Assembly: GCA_902802755.1 (NCBI GenBank)
Contig: CADCNH010000004.1
Coordinates: 10,139-74,138, forward strand
Direction: 5' to 3'
Source: an uncultured Bacteroidota bacterium
Lineage (GTDB): Bacteria > Bacteroidota > Bacteroidia > Bacteroidales > WCHB1-69
Length of the DNA: 64,000 bases
Positions 1 to 9,514 of the stretch are shown here, piece after piece (the first letter of the stretch is position 1; every line of letters starts with the position of its first letter). The notes under the pieces are model-generated. The model did not search any database, was not told where the DNA came from, and saw nothing but the letters and a program-made list of their open reading frames with translations. Made by a program: the position numbers and the translations under genes.

Positions 1-1
1 T

Positions 2-1156
2 TGGGGTTGTATATTTCAATGAATCAGGGAATTTGATACTGTCTGCGGTCAGAAATTCGCCATGTTTGCTGCGGTTGTTGATGTCGTTGAGGTAGCTTTC
101 CACACCGTCATCGTAGGGTTTCTGGATACAACGGCCAGTGGGGGTGTAGTAATGCGAGATGGTGAGTCGAACCATAGCTTGGTCGTTCAAATATAAGGGT
201 TTCTGTACCAAGCCTTTGCCAAAGGTACGGCGGCCTACCACCAGACCGCGGTCCCAGTCTTGGATACAGCCGGATACAATTTCGGAGGCGGAGGCGGACC
301 CTTCGTCCACCAGCACTATCAGCTTGCCTTTTTGGAATTCGCCTTTTCCGTTGGATTTGAATTGCTGTCCGGTTTTTCTGAAATTGTCGGTATAGACTAT
401 CATCTGGTCGGCACCGAGGAAGATATTGGAGATTTGGAAGGCAACATCTAGGTAGCCACCACCATTGCCACGCAGGTCGAGGATGAGGTTTTTCATACCA
501 CGGGCGGTGAGTTTGGTCAGGGCGGTGTGTACCTCATTCGGTGAGGTCATGGCGAAGCGGTCGAGTTTGATGTAGCCGGTTTTGTCATCCACCATGAAGG
601 AGACGTTGACGCTGTTCATAGGGATTTTGTCGCGGGTGATGGTGAATTCGAGCAGTTCGGGGTTGCGGCCACGTTTCACGCCGACCACCACCTTGGTGCC
701 CTTGACACCGCGCAAGTGGCTCTGCACCCACTTGTTGTTCACATGCTTGCCGCAGGCGATAGCGGTATCGACCTTCACGATTTTGTCACCGGCGCGCAGC
801 CCAACCTTGTCAGATGGACCGTCGGGAATCACTTCCATCACGTTGATGGTATCTTTAATCAACTGAAAGGTCACGCCGATGCCGTCGAATTTGCCTTCCA
901 GGGGCTCATTGGTTTGTTGCACATCTTTTTTGGGGATATAGACAGAGTGCGGGTCAAGTTCTTTAAGCATTTCCACGATGCCTTTCTCCACCAGGGGGTC
1001 GAAGTTGACGGTGTCAACATACATGTCGTTGATGGCCCTCAACATTTGTGCCATCTTATTGCTGTTTTGCTGGTAGGAGGGGTTTTGTGAAAAAAGAGAA
1101 TAATTGCAAAATACTGATAAAGAAATAATTAGTAAGCAGACAAGTGATTTTTTCAT
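2..1156 (-). CDS. S41 family carboxy-terminal processing protease (runs off the window edge; not in the ORF track)
   Basis: Manual translation from ATG at 1156 gives a signal peptide, LDPHSVY, PDZ region (FDGIGV...GLRAGDKI), LILDLRGNGGG, SASASEIV and TFGKGLVQ, all S41/CtpA motifs. Confidence 0.92.
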   Translation of the reverse strand, partial: MKKSLVCLLIISLSVFCNYSLFSQNPSYQQNSNKMAQMLRAINDMYVDTVNFDPLVEKGIVEMLKELDPHSVYIPKKDVQQTNEPLEGKFDGIGVTFQLIKDTINVMEVIPDGPSDKVGLRAGDKIVKVDTAIACGKHVNNKWVQSHLRGVKGTKVVVGVKRGRNPELLEFTITRDKIPMNSVNVSFMVDDKTGYIKLDRFAMTSPNEVHTALTKLTARGMKNLILDLRGNGGGYLDVAFQISNIFLGADQMIVYTDNFRKTGQQFKSNGKGEFQKGKLIVLVDEGSASASEIVSGCIQDWDRGLVVGRRTFGKGLVQKPLYLNDQAMVRLTISHYYTPTGRCIQKPYDDGVESYLNDINNRSKHGEFLTADSIKFPDSLKYTTP

Positions 1157-1208
1157 ATTAATATTTTTGAGTTAAAAAAATACAGCAAGAGAAGCCTTGA
1201 GTGTTGAA

Positions 1209-1508
1209 TTATAATGGACGAAGTTCCACGGTAAGTCCCATAGCAGCAGCGATGCGATAGATTGTAGAGACAGAAGGTGTAATTAATCCTCTCTCAATAC
1301 GTGATACATATCCTTTATCAACACCGATTCGATCAGCAAGTTCTTGTTGTGTCAATCCTGCATTTTTACGAGCATCAAACAAAATTTGGGCATTGTATTC
1401 TTCCCAAGCTTTGTCTTCTGCCATTTTTCTGCTTTCGGATCCTTTGGGACCGAACTCTCGTTCAAGTTCGGCACTTACATCATATATTACCTCGTTTTTT
1501 TTCATCAT
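1209..1508 (-). CDS. XRE-family HTH protein, HigA-like antitoxin
   Basis: ARKNAGLTQQELADRIGVDKGYVSRIERG is a Cro/C1 HTH; overlaps the end of the upstream toxin-like ORF. Confidence 0.85.
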   Translation of the reverse strand: MMKKNEVIYDVSAELEREFGPKGSESRKMAEDKAWEEYNAQILFDARKNAGLTQQELADRIGVDKGYVSRIERGLITPSVSTIYRIAAAMGLTVELRPL

Positions 1509-1827
1509 AATATTCCTCCATTATTTTTATTGCCTTATTGATTTCTTTTTTAGGTGCTTTTTGTGTTTTTTTTGTGTAGCAGTTGAACAGTACCACGATG
1601 TTTTCCCCATCATATATAAAGAACAAACGGAATTCTTTATTTCCGAATGTAACGCGAAATTCGTATAATCCGTTGCGAATATAGCTGATGTAGTGTCTTG
1701 GGATTTTGTCTTCGGTTTCAAAAAGCAATAATGAACGCATTATTTTAAGTCGTTCAGAATCAGATAGTTTACCCACAAACTCCTGATAGTATTTCTTATA
1801 TGCAATAATTCGTCTCATCGCTTGCAA
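1480..1827 (-). CDS. RelE/ParE/HigB-family type II toxin (start may be the ATG at 1818)
   Basis: 115 aa with GLYEFRV...EFRLFF...VVLFNCYTKKTQKAPKKEINKA; toxin-before-HTH order as in higBA. Confidence 0.8.
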   Translation of the reverse strand: MQAMRRIIAYKKYYQEFVGKLSDSERLKIMRSLLLFETEDKIPRHYISYIRNGLYEFRVTFGNKEFRLFFIYDGENIVVLFNCYTKKTQKAPKKEINKAIKIMEEYYDEKKRGNI

Positions 1828-1881
1828 AAATACAAAAAAATGTTGTATGATTATACAACATGATAAAGAAAAATCTGATGT

Positions 1882-2637
1882 TTATAAATATATTTCCTCT
1901 GTTAATTTCCGGTATGCCTCTGACATGCTGCCATCGGCATTGCGGATACATAATGTCTCGATAACGCAAGCTGGTGCCGTTGGGCATATTTCCGAGGATG
2001 TTGCAGGGGAGAGTCGGTAGCCAGTGATGATGCGGTTCACGGTTTTTGACGGGGTGGGCTGAATCAGCAATTGGTAGAATTTAAATAATTGATTTTGAGA
2101 AACTTGCTCAAATCTTTCGCTTTCGTTGGCGGGAAGTATCAAGAAGAAGGATCCTTCAGGCTCAAGCAATTGGCAGACCGCATCCCTCAGGTCTTCAAAA
2201 GGTAGTGTGTCGTTGTGTTTGCTGATATTTTTTTGTGGGGTGTTGGGCTTGAGGGCATCCACAAAAAATGGCGGATTGGAAACAATCAGGTCAAAATTTT
2301 TGTCATTTTTTTGGGCAAAATCTTGAATGCGCTGTTGATGAAAAAGAATATTTTGAAAATCTCTTTGCGGAAAAATCTCTTTGCTTTTCAGGGCGTCTCC
2401 GATTGAAGGAGCGTCAATGTCGATGCCAATAATTTCTTGAAGGTCTTTTCCTCTATTGGTATTTTCTTGCTGCATTTTCCACGCCAGACAGTAGGCGATG
2501 ACTCCGCAGCCGCAGCCGATGTCCAGCACTGTTCTCACCTGGTCCACGGGGGTGACAGCGGCCAGCAGCACCGCGTCGGTGGAGATTTTCAGGGCGCTGT
2601 TGTCGTGGTATAAAGAGAAGTGCTTGAAGTGAAACAT
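1882..2637 (-). CDS. tRNA1(Val) A37 N6-methyltransferase (YfiC/TrmN6-like)
   Basis: MFHFKHF...KISTDAVLL, VLDIGCGCG SAM motif and DLIVSNPPFF; start placed at the ATG at 2637. Confidence 0.85.
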   Translation of the reverse strand: MFHFKHFSLYHDNSALKISTDAVLLAAVTPVDQVRTVLDIGCGCGVIAYCLAWKMQQENTNRGKDLQEIIGIDIDAPSIGDALKSKEIFPQRDFQNILFHQQRIQDFAQKNDKNFDLIVSNPPFFVDALKPNTPQKNISKHNDTLPFEDLRDAVCQLLEPEGSFFLILPANESERFEQVSQNQLFKFYQLLIQPTPSKTVNRIITGYRLSPATSSEICPTAPACVIETLCIRNADGSMSEAYRKLTEEIYL

Positions 2638-2901
2638 GTAAAAGTTCTTTCTATCCTTGCGTGACATATTCAGTTCGGCCACATTGGCATATTGCTCGCA
2701 TTCGGCTATATTGAAAGGTGATTTTTCTTCCGATTAACATGATAAGAAATTTGAATTACAGATGCAAAAATAGAAAAAATGTCTTATAAATCCCCATAAC
2801 CTCCAAAAATAATATAGTTACGGGGATTTATACGGTAAAAATCACTTTATAAATGCCCGTAATTATCGATACAAAACTCCTTAATAGTTTGCCTCAAAGA
2901 G

Positions 2902-3106
2902 GCGTGCCAAAGGCACGATATTCTATTAACCCCGCACAACTTGTTGTGTGGGGTGGAAAATAACAAACCCTGTCTGCGTGCTGAAAGCACGCTATATATG
3001 CTTCAATGTGGCGTACCTACGGCACGCAGGAGTAGAGCAGTTTGCCGTATACCCCACATTGCGCTACGCTTATGCGGGGTTAATAGGATTACGTGCTTTC
3101 AGCACG
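2902..3106. repeat. Composite REP/MITE-like element with ~38 bp terminal inverted repeats and four CGTGC-N-GCACG-type hairpins
   Basis: Left gcgtgccaaaggcacgatattctattaaccccgcacaa versus right ttatgcggggttaataggattacgtgctttcagcacg; internal gcgtgctgaaagcacgc and gcgtacctacggcacgc. Confidence 0.75.
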
Positions 3107-3308
3107 GCTAATCGCTTATTGTATGCCACTTATAAAAAAACTTTTAGCACCAACCTAAAAAAAATAGCAACACTAGTAATGAAAAAAAAGTAGCACTAAC
3201 AACAAAAAACTTTTCTTTCAAAATAGAATTGATAATCTCAAAAACTTTGCGTAAATTTGCACCCCCTAAAATAGACAATCAATGTAAAATATAAAAAACA
3301 AAACTATC

Positions 3309-4814
3309 ATGAAAGAAAACTTGGTAATGAGCATGAATCCTTTAGTGAACTACTTGAAAAAGGATCCGAAAGAATTTACAAAAGCAGACATCATTAAGTA
3401 CATCGAAGAGAAGGAAATCCCGATGGTGAACTTCCATTATGTGGCTGGTGACGGTCGTCTGAAAACTCTGAATTTCGTGCTGAACAACCGCGAGTACCTC
3501 GAACAGATCCTGTCCGCCGGCGAGCGTGTTGACGGCTCCAACATCTTCCCCTCATTCATCCATGCCGGTTCCAGCGATTTGTATGTGATTCCGCGTTTCA
3601 GCACCGCTTTCTTGGATCCGTTTGCTGAAATTCCAACCATCTCCATGCTGTGCTCCTATTTCAACAAGGACGGCCAGCCGATGGAAAACTCTCCCGAATA
3701 CGTGTTGCGCAAGGCCGCCGATGCTTTCACCAAGGTGACAGGCATGAAGTTCCAGGCCATGGGCGAGTTGGAATATTACGTGATTGGCGACAAGGATGAT
3801 CTGTATCTGACTCCCGACCAGCGCGGTTACCATGAGTCCACTCCGTTCACCAAATTCGAAGAGTTCCGCAAAGAATGTATGCTGAACATCTCCAAGGTGG
3901 GTGGACAAATCAAATACGGCCATTCCGAAGTGGGTAATTTCACCATGGATGACAGGATTTTCGAGCAAAATGAGATCGAATTCCTGGTGACCGACGTGCA
4001 GGATGCCGCCGACCAGCTGGTACTGGCCAAGTGGATTATCAGAAATTTAGCTTATCAGTATGGTTTGGATGTCACTTTTGCTCCGAAAATCACCGCAGGC
4101 AAGGCTGGTAGTGGTTTGCACATCCATACCCGTATCGTCAAAGACGGCAAGAATCAGTATGTTACCAAAGGCAAGCTGAATACTATCGCTCATTCAGCTA
4201 TCGCTGGTCTCATGACTTGTGCTTCCTCGCTGACCGCTTTCGGCAACACCAACCCCACTTCTTACTTCCGCTTGGTGCCTCATCAGGAAGCTCCTACCTC
4301 CATTTGCTGGGGTGACCGCAACCGTTCGGTGTTGGTGAGAGTTCCGCTGGGATGGACCCACAAGAACGACATGGTAGCCATGGTCAATCCGATGGAAAAA
4401 CCCGCCCGTATGGACTTGTCACAGAAACAGACTGTAGAATTCCGTTGCCCGGACGGTTCCGCCGACATATACTTGCTCCTGGCCGGTTTGTGCGTGGCTG
4501 CCCGCCATGGTTTCGAAATGGAAGGTGCCCTCGAATTCGCTAAAAAAACATACGTGGATGTCAATATTCACAAGGCAGAAAACAAAGCCAAAATGGAAAG
4601 TCTGGCCCAACTGCCGACTTCCTGTTGGGAATCTGCCGACGAGCTTAGCGCCCACAGAGATATTTTCGAGCAACATGGTGTATTCAATGCCGAAATGATC
4701 GATGACATCATCAAGATGCTGAAATCATATAAAGACAAGAATATCCGTGAGGAAATCGCCAAACATCCTGAAAAGATGCTTGAGCTGGTACATGATTACT
4801 TCCACTGCGGATAA
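3309..4814 (+). CDS. glnA: Glutamine synthetase
   Basis: GELEYY, HSEVG, EQNEIEF, GKAGSGLHIH, SYFRLVPHQEAP, WGDRNRS and VEFRCPD motifs. Confidence 0.93.
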   Translation: MKENLVMSMNPLVNYLKKDPKEFTKADIIKYIEEKEIPMVNFHYVAGDGRLKTLNFVLNNREYLEQILSAGERVDGSNIFPSFIHAGSSDLYVIPRFSTAFLDPFAEIPTISMLCSYFNKDGQPMENSPEYVLRKAADAFTKVTGMKFQAMGELEYYVIGDKDDLYLTPDQRGYHESTPFTKFEEFRKECMLNISKVGGQIKYGHSEVGNFTMDDRIFEQNEIEFLVTDVQDAADQLVLAKWIIRNLAYQYGLDVTFAPKITAGKAGSGLHIHTRIVKDGKNQYVTKGKLNTIAHSAIAGLMTCASSLTAFGNTNPTSYFRLVPHQEAPTSICWGDRNRSVLVRVPLGWTHKNDMVAMVNPMEKPARMDLSQKQTVEFRCPDGSADIYLLLAGLCVAARHGFEMEGALEFAKKTYVDVNIHKAENKAKMESLAQLPTSCWESADELSAHRDIFEQHGVFNAEMIDDIIKMLKSYKDKNIREEIAKHPEKMLELVHDYFHCG

Positions 4815-4820
4815 TTAGTG

Positions 4821-4907
4821 AACAGGGGACAGGGGTCAGGTTACAGTAATCATATCTGACCCCTGTAACCTGTAACCTGTAACCTGAAACCTGAAACCTG
4901 AAACCTG
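4821..4907. repeat. Heptamer tandem repeats (CCTGTAA/CCTGAAA) with inverted upstream copies
   Basis: acaggggacaggggtcaggttacag...ctgacccctgtaacctgtaacctgtaacctgaaacctgaaacctgaaacctg. Confidence 0.85.
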
Positions 4908-4909
4908 AT

Positions 4910-5425
4910 ATGGAATTTGCCCTGTATATTATCGGAACATTCCTGGTGGCGGTGATTGTTTTTCTGACCGCCTTTTTCTCCATGCGCATGTTTATCAGAA
5001 ACGATGAACGTAAGCGTTTGCTGGAATTGAAAGAGCATAACAAGTCAGTAATAGCTCCTGTGCGTTTGCAGGCTTACGAGCGTATGGCCATGTTTTTGGA
5101 ACGTATCGAGCCCAATCAGTTGATTTTACGTCTGAATGACGGCAACACCCCTAACGCGAACTTGCGGATGCTGCTGATTTCCACTATCCGCGCGGAGTTT
5201 GAACACAATCTGTCACAGCAGATTTATATTTCTTCCGATGTTTGGAATCAGATTTGCAACGCCAAGGAGGAAACTATCCGTATCATCAATGTCAGTTCTG
5301 GCAAGATTGCCCAGGATGCACCTGGCATTGAGTTGGTGACTTCAATTTTGGAACAGACTGCAGGCCAGTCTCCCACAGCAGCGGCTATGGAGGCACTGAA
5401 AGAAGAAGTCAGGTTGATATTTTAA
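4910..5425 (+). CDS. Membrane-anchored hypothetical protein
   Basis: N-terminal TM helix followed by RLQAYER...FLERI.P and EFEHNLSQQIYIS..W, a pattern I recognise from Bacteroidetes hypotheticals. Confidence 0.8.
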   Translation: MEFALYIIGTFLVAVIVFLTAFFSMRMFIRNDERKRLLELKEHNKSVIAPVRLQAYERMAMFLERIEPNQLILRLNDGNTPNANLRMLLISTIRAEFEHNLSQQIYISSDVWNQICNAKEETIRIINVSSGKIAQDAPGIELVTSILEQTAGQSPTAAAMEALKEEVRLIF

Positions 5426-5620
5426 AACTGAAAACTGAAAGTTGAAAACTGAAAACTGAAAGTTTTTTAATGTGTTAATGTGCCAATTGAATTAGCAAAT
5501 TAGTTAATTAGCAAATGTGCAAATGAAACTGAAAAAACAATAACTATTAATTATTAACTATACTGCCCCTAATCACTAACCCCTGACCCCTAACCCCTGA
5601 CCCCTAAAACCTGAAACCTA
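5424..5620. repeat. Mixed 7-mer/8-mer intergenic tandem repeat tract
   Basis: (AAAACTG)n, then AATGTGCY/AATTAGYW octamers, then (CCCTRAC)n and AAACCTG units. Confidence 0.85.
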
Positions 5621-5627
5621 AAAATAT

Positions 5628-7922
5628 ATGACCAAGAAATTTATAGCGTTTTTCATCTTACTGACCAGTGCACTGTTTGGAATGGCACAAAGCACTGTGA
5701 AAGGTTTTGTCTATGATGCCACCAGTGGTGAGCCTGTGGGTTATTGTCCGGTGAGTCTGCAAGGCACAAGCTATGGTGCTATGACAGAATCTAATGGTAA
5801 CTTTATCATCGACAAGGTGCCGAAGGGAACTTATGTGCTGGTTATCAACTTTTTCGGCTATGACACTTTCACGGATACCATAGAGGCCACGGGGAAAATG
5901 ATTATCAAGCGATACATGATCAATCCGTCAAAGGTGTCATTGGATGAGGTTCAGGTAACAGCGGAGACAGACCGTAAGGTGCAGGAGACACGTACGGCTG
6001 TAATCAGTATCTCCCCTAAAGAAATCTCCAAAATGCCCGCCATTGGCGGCCAACCCGATTTTGCCCAGTATTTGCAGGTGCTGCCGGGTATTATCTCTAC
6101 TGGTGACCAAGGTGGACAGTTGTATGTGCGCGGTGGTACACCTATCCAGAATATGCTGCTGTTGGATGGTATGATTGTTTTCAATCCCTTCCATTCCATT
6201 GGTTTGTTTTCGGTTTTTGACATGGATATCATGAGTGGTGCCGATATTTACACGGGTGGTTTTGGCGCCGAGTTCGGCGGCAGAATCTCATCAGTTATGA
6301 ATATCAAAACCAAAGATGGCAACAAAAAACGCTTGTCGGGTAAGATAGACATAAGCAATATTGGGGCACAGGTGTTGTTGGAAGGTCCATTGGTGAAACT
6401 GAAAGAAGGACGCAAGACTTCCATGAGCTTTATTCTTTCAGGCAAAGGCTCTTTTTTGGAACAGTCTGCCAAAGTTTTTTATCCATACGTGAAGAATGAG
6501 AATGGCCTGCCATATAATTTCTTGGATTTGTATGGAAAAGTGACTATAGCATCCCAAGGTGGCTCCAAATTCAACATCTTCGGTTTCAATTTCATGGATA
6601 GGGTCAATTACAATACCTCTGTCCAGTATAACTGGAACAACTGGGGTGTGGGCGCCAACTTCCTACTGGTGCCCGGTCAGGCGAATACGACCATAGAGGG
6701 TGCTTTCTCTTATTCTGATTATGTTTCCAAAATCAATGACCCCGCATACCAGAACGAGGGTTCTTACAGCAAATATACTCATACTGGCGGTTTCAACTTC
6801 AGCATGGTGTTCAATTATTATGTGGGCCGTAGTGTGTTTAACATAGGCATCAATGCTGTGGGTTTCAATACGGAATATAGATATTGGACAAAATATGGGG
6901 AAAAAGAATATCCCAAAGACCATACCACGGACTTTTCAGCCTTTGTCAAGTATAAGTATAATTATAAAAACAAATTGCTGATAGAGCCTAGTTTCCGTTT
7001 GCAATACTACACCTCGCTGAGCAAGGTCTCTCCGGAACCGCGTTTGGCTTTGAAATATAATATTACCAAGCAAATCCGTTTGAAGATGTCGGGTGGTATG
7101 TACTCGCAGAATTATGTGGCCGTCACCTCCGACCGCGATGTGGTGAACTTGTTCTATGGCTATATTTCAAGCCCTTCCTCACTGAGTATTACGCCTACTT
7201 TGCCCAATGGAAAGAAGCCCAAACACAGACTGCAAACTTCGCAGCATGCGGTTTTGGGACTCGAATTGGATGTGCTGAAGTACACGAGCATCAATGTTGA
7301 GGGCTACTACAAGCATTTCTCTCAGTTGATTTCTGTGAACCGCTATATGATGGATGAGTCTGCCGATGAAATATTCATGTGGGAGCAAGGCCATGCGTTT
7401 GGTGGCGATATTTCCATCAAGTTTGAATACAAGGGCTTGTATCTCTGGGGTGTATATTCCTTGGGTTGGGTGAAGCGTACCGATACAGAAGTGACCTATT
7501 CGCCAAACTTTGACCGTCGCCATAATATTAATATTTTGGCTTCATACGCTTTCGGAAAACGTCGCTCCTGGCAGATTGACGTGCGTTGGAACTTCGGTTC
7601 GGGTTTCCCATTCACGCAGACCATGGCTTTCTATCCCAGCTTTGTTCCGAGTGGCGGCATTGGCGACGACATCATTCATGCCAACGAGGAATTGGATTTC
7701 GTGTTGGATGAGTTGAATGGTGGACGTTTACCAGCCTACCACCGTTTGGACATTGGCTTCAAGAAGAAATTCTTCATTGGTGAGCGCCACTCTATTGAAC
7801 TGAGCGCCTCACTGACCAATGTGTATAACTACAGCAACGTATTCTATGTGAACCGTATCACCAACGAGGTGGTATATCAGCTGCCCTTCCTGTATTATTT
7901 CGGGATGAACTGGAGATTCTAA
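5628..7922 (+). CDS. TonB-dependent receptor with N-terminal CarboxypepD_reg-like domain
   Basis: Signal peptide, VKGFVYD..SGEP, plug (LQVLPG...LYVRGG...QN..LLDG), GGF.AEFGGRISSV, LPAYHRLD and C-terminal aromatic (NWRF). Confidence 0.9.
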   Translation: MTKKFIAFFILLTSALFGMAQSTVKGFVYDATSGEPVGYCPVSLQGTSYGAMTESNGNFIIDKVPKGTYVLVINFFGYDTFTDTIEATGKMIIKRYMINPSKVSLDEVQVTAETDRKVQETRTAVISISPKEISKMPAIGGQPDFAQYLQVLPGIISTGDQGGQLYVRGGTPIQNMLLLDGMIVFNPFHSIGLFSVFDMDIMSGADIYTGGFGAEFGGRISSVMNIKTKDGNKKRLSGKIDISNIGAQVLLEGPLVKLKEGRKTSMSFILSGKGSFLEQSAKVFYPYVKNENGLPYNFLDLYGKVTIASQGGSKFNIFGFNFMDRVNYNTSVQYNWNNWGVGANFLLVPGQANTTIEGAFSYSDYVSKINDPAYQNEGSYSKYTHTGGFNFSMVFNYYVGRSVFNIGINAVGFNTEYRYWTKYGEKEYPKDHTTDFSAFVKYKYNYKNKLLIEPSFRLQYYTSLSKVSPEPRLALKYNITKQIRLKMSGGMYSQNYVAVTSDRDVVNLFYGYISSPSSLSITPTLPNGKKPKHRLQTSQHAVLGLELDVLKYTSINVEGYYKHFSQLISVNRYMMDESADEIFMWEQGHAFGGDISIKFEYKGLYLWGVYSLGWVKRTDTEVTYSPNFDRRHNINILASYAFGKRRSWQIDVRWNFGSGFPFTQTMAFYPSFVPSGGIGDDIIHANEELDFVLDELNGGRLPAYHRLDIGFKKKFFIGERHSIELSASLTNVYNYSNVFYVNRITNEVVYQLPFLYYFGMNWRF

Positions 7923-8003
7923 ATTTAATGTGCTAATTAGCAAATGTGCTAATGTGCCAATTGAATTAGTTAATTAGCAAATTAGTTAATTAATGAATTA
8001 GTT
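7923..8003. repeat. Octamer repeat tract (AATGTGCT/AATTAGCA/AATTAGTT)
   Basis: aatgtgctaattagcaaatgtgctaatgtgccaattgaattagttaattagcaaattagttaattaatgaattagtt. Confidence 0.85.
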
Positions 8004-8053
8004 TATTGGGGCTATGGTAGAGGTAATTTAGCAAACTGCACTTTGGGAAGGGA

Positions 8054-9202
8054 TTACTTCATTTCTTTTTTTAGGTAGTCGGATGGACTTTGACCGTATT
8101 TCTTCTTGAAAGAACGGAGGAATGTAGTGTATGAGTTGAAGCCCGAAAGGGTAGCGATCTCTTCTATTGAATAAGAATGGTTGCTATTGTTGATTTCCAA
8201 AAATTTTTTTGCTTTCTCCAAACGAAAATCGTTGATGTATTCGTAAAAAGTCTTGTGTTTCTCCTGGTTGATATAGTTGCTCAAATATTGACGGTTGGTG
8301 CCCAAATACCTTGCTAACTTTTGCAGTGTGAGATCAGACTCCATGTAATATTGCTTTTCACTTATTATATTCTCAATATTCATGTTCAGCAGGATTTCAT
8401 GATAGGGAGAAGTATAAGAAGCGTCCGTCAAAAGGTTTTCCTCAGTTGGATTTTGATTTTCTATCGCATTGTTCTCTTCGGGGTTGTTTTCTTCAGAAGT
8501 CAGGATAAAAACTTGCTGACGGATTATTTTTACCGTAAAAATTACCACAAAGATGAGAGAAAGGAAACAATAGCAAGTGTCAAAAAGGAGATTCTTGTCC
8601 GCTGAAGATACTGAAAACCAGGTTTGCTGCGAAAAACTCTCGAAGGCCCACAACAATTGGACCCCAAATAAAGTGACTATCAGGATAGAACCCCATCGCA
8701 GGTCGAAATATTCCATATTCCCCACATTGTTTTCCAACATTTTGGTGTATTTTTTGATGGAAATCAACAAGCAAACCAACAAAACAGAAGAGGCTACAAG
8801 GGTATAAATCTGAACGACAGAATAAACAATGGGGTTGTCCGAGAAAGTGAAAAACAGCGTGGCGATGATGAAAGGAATTTCCAAAAGCAAAAGCTGGCGG
8901 ATGTTGTAACGATTGGGAAAAACAAGGGAAACCGCAAACATCATGTATCCACCCACAGTCATATAGTCGTATAGAATTAGTAACGTATTGATATATTCGT
9001 AATTGGGAAGATTCTGGCAAGCCAACATCACAAAATTGTTGAAGAAGCCGAAGGAATGCATCACTAACACGGCGGCGAATATTCGTTGAAACAAGTATAT
9101 ACGATGATGACGAAACATGTATATGCTAAGGCAAAGCAATACTGCCTGGGTAAAACCAGAGGCAAGGCAAAGCAGTAATTCGTAAAAAAAGTCCGTGTTC
9201 AT
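8054..9202 (-). CDS. AraC-family regulator with multi-pass membrane N-terminus
   Basis: About 7 hydrophobic segments, then DLTLQKLA..LGTNRQYLS.YIN...FYEYINDFRLEKAK and IATLSGFNSYTTF.RSFKKKYGQSPSDY. Confidence 0.92.
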   Translation of the reverse strand: MNTDFFYELLLCLASGFTQAVLLCLSIYMFRHHRIYLFQRIFAAVLVMHSFGFFNNFVMLACQNLPNYEYINTLLILYDYMTVGGYMMFAVSLVFPNRYNIRQLLLLEIPFIIATLFFTFSDNPIVYSVVQIYTLVASSVLLVCLLISIKKYTKMLENNVGNMEYFDLRWGSILIVTLFGVQLLWAFESFSQQTWFSVSSADKNLLFDTCYCFLSLIFVVIFTVKIIRQQVFILTSEENNPEENNAIENQNPTEENLLTDASYTSPYHEILLNMNIENIISEKQYYMESDLTLQKLARYLGTNRQYLSNYINQEKHKTFYEYINDFRLEKAKKFLEINNSNHSYSIEEIATLSGFNSYTTFLRSFKKKYGQSPSDYLKKEMK

Positions 9203-9292
9203 GTTGGTAACAGTGCAGAGATTTTAATGGTATTTTGGATAAAATTATTATTGCAGGGACGCAATTTATAGCGTCTGCATAAAATATAGAGG

Positions 9293-9425
9293 CAAAAATA
9301 CGATTTTTTATGGTTCTTATTTCGTAAAAACGGCAGAAATCACTGATAATTACTGTTTTTTACGCTTTGCAAATTGGTTTTTTACGGAATGAAACAATCT
9401 CTCTGCATGTTTTTTTGTATTTTTG
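9293..9425. promoter_or_regulatory. Divergent Bacteroidetes -7 promoter motifs for araC (minus, 9293-9300) and giant gene 1 (plus, 9418-9425)
   Basis: TATTTTTG on each strand matches the TAnnTTTG consensus. Confidence 0.6.
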
Positions 9426-9514
9426 CAATTTATGTTTGAACAATACCATCTTTGGATTAAGGGTGTGAACATTAAAAAAACAAGAAAAAATTTAAGAAAC
9501 GAAATACAAGGCAG

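Noticed and set aside
2948-3193. 81-aa ORF upstream of glnA
   Set aside because: It runs through the palindromic element, starts at GTG and has no protein-like features.
9203-9514. Invertible promoter upstream of giant gene 1
   Set aside because: I saw no clear inverted repeat pair flanking the promoter and there is no recombinase in the window.
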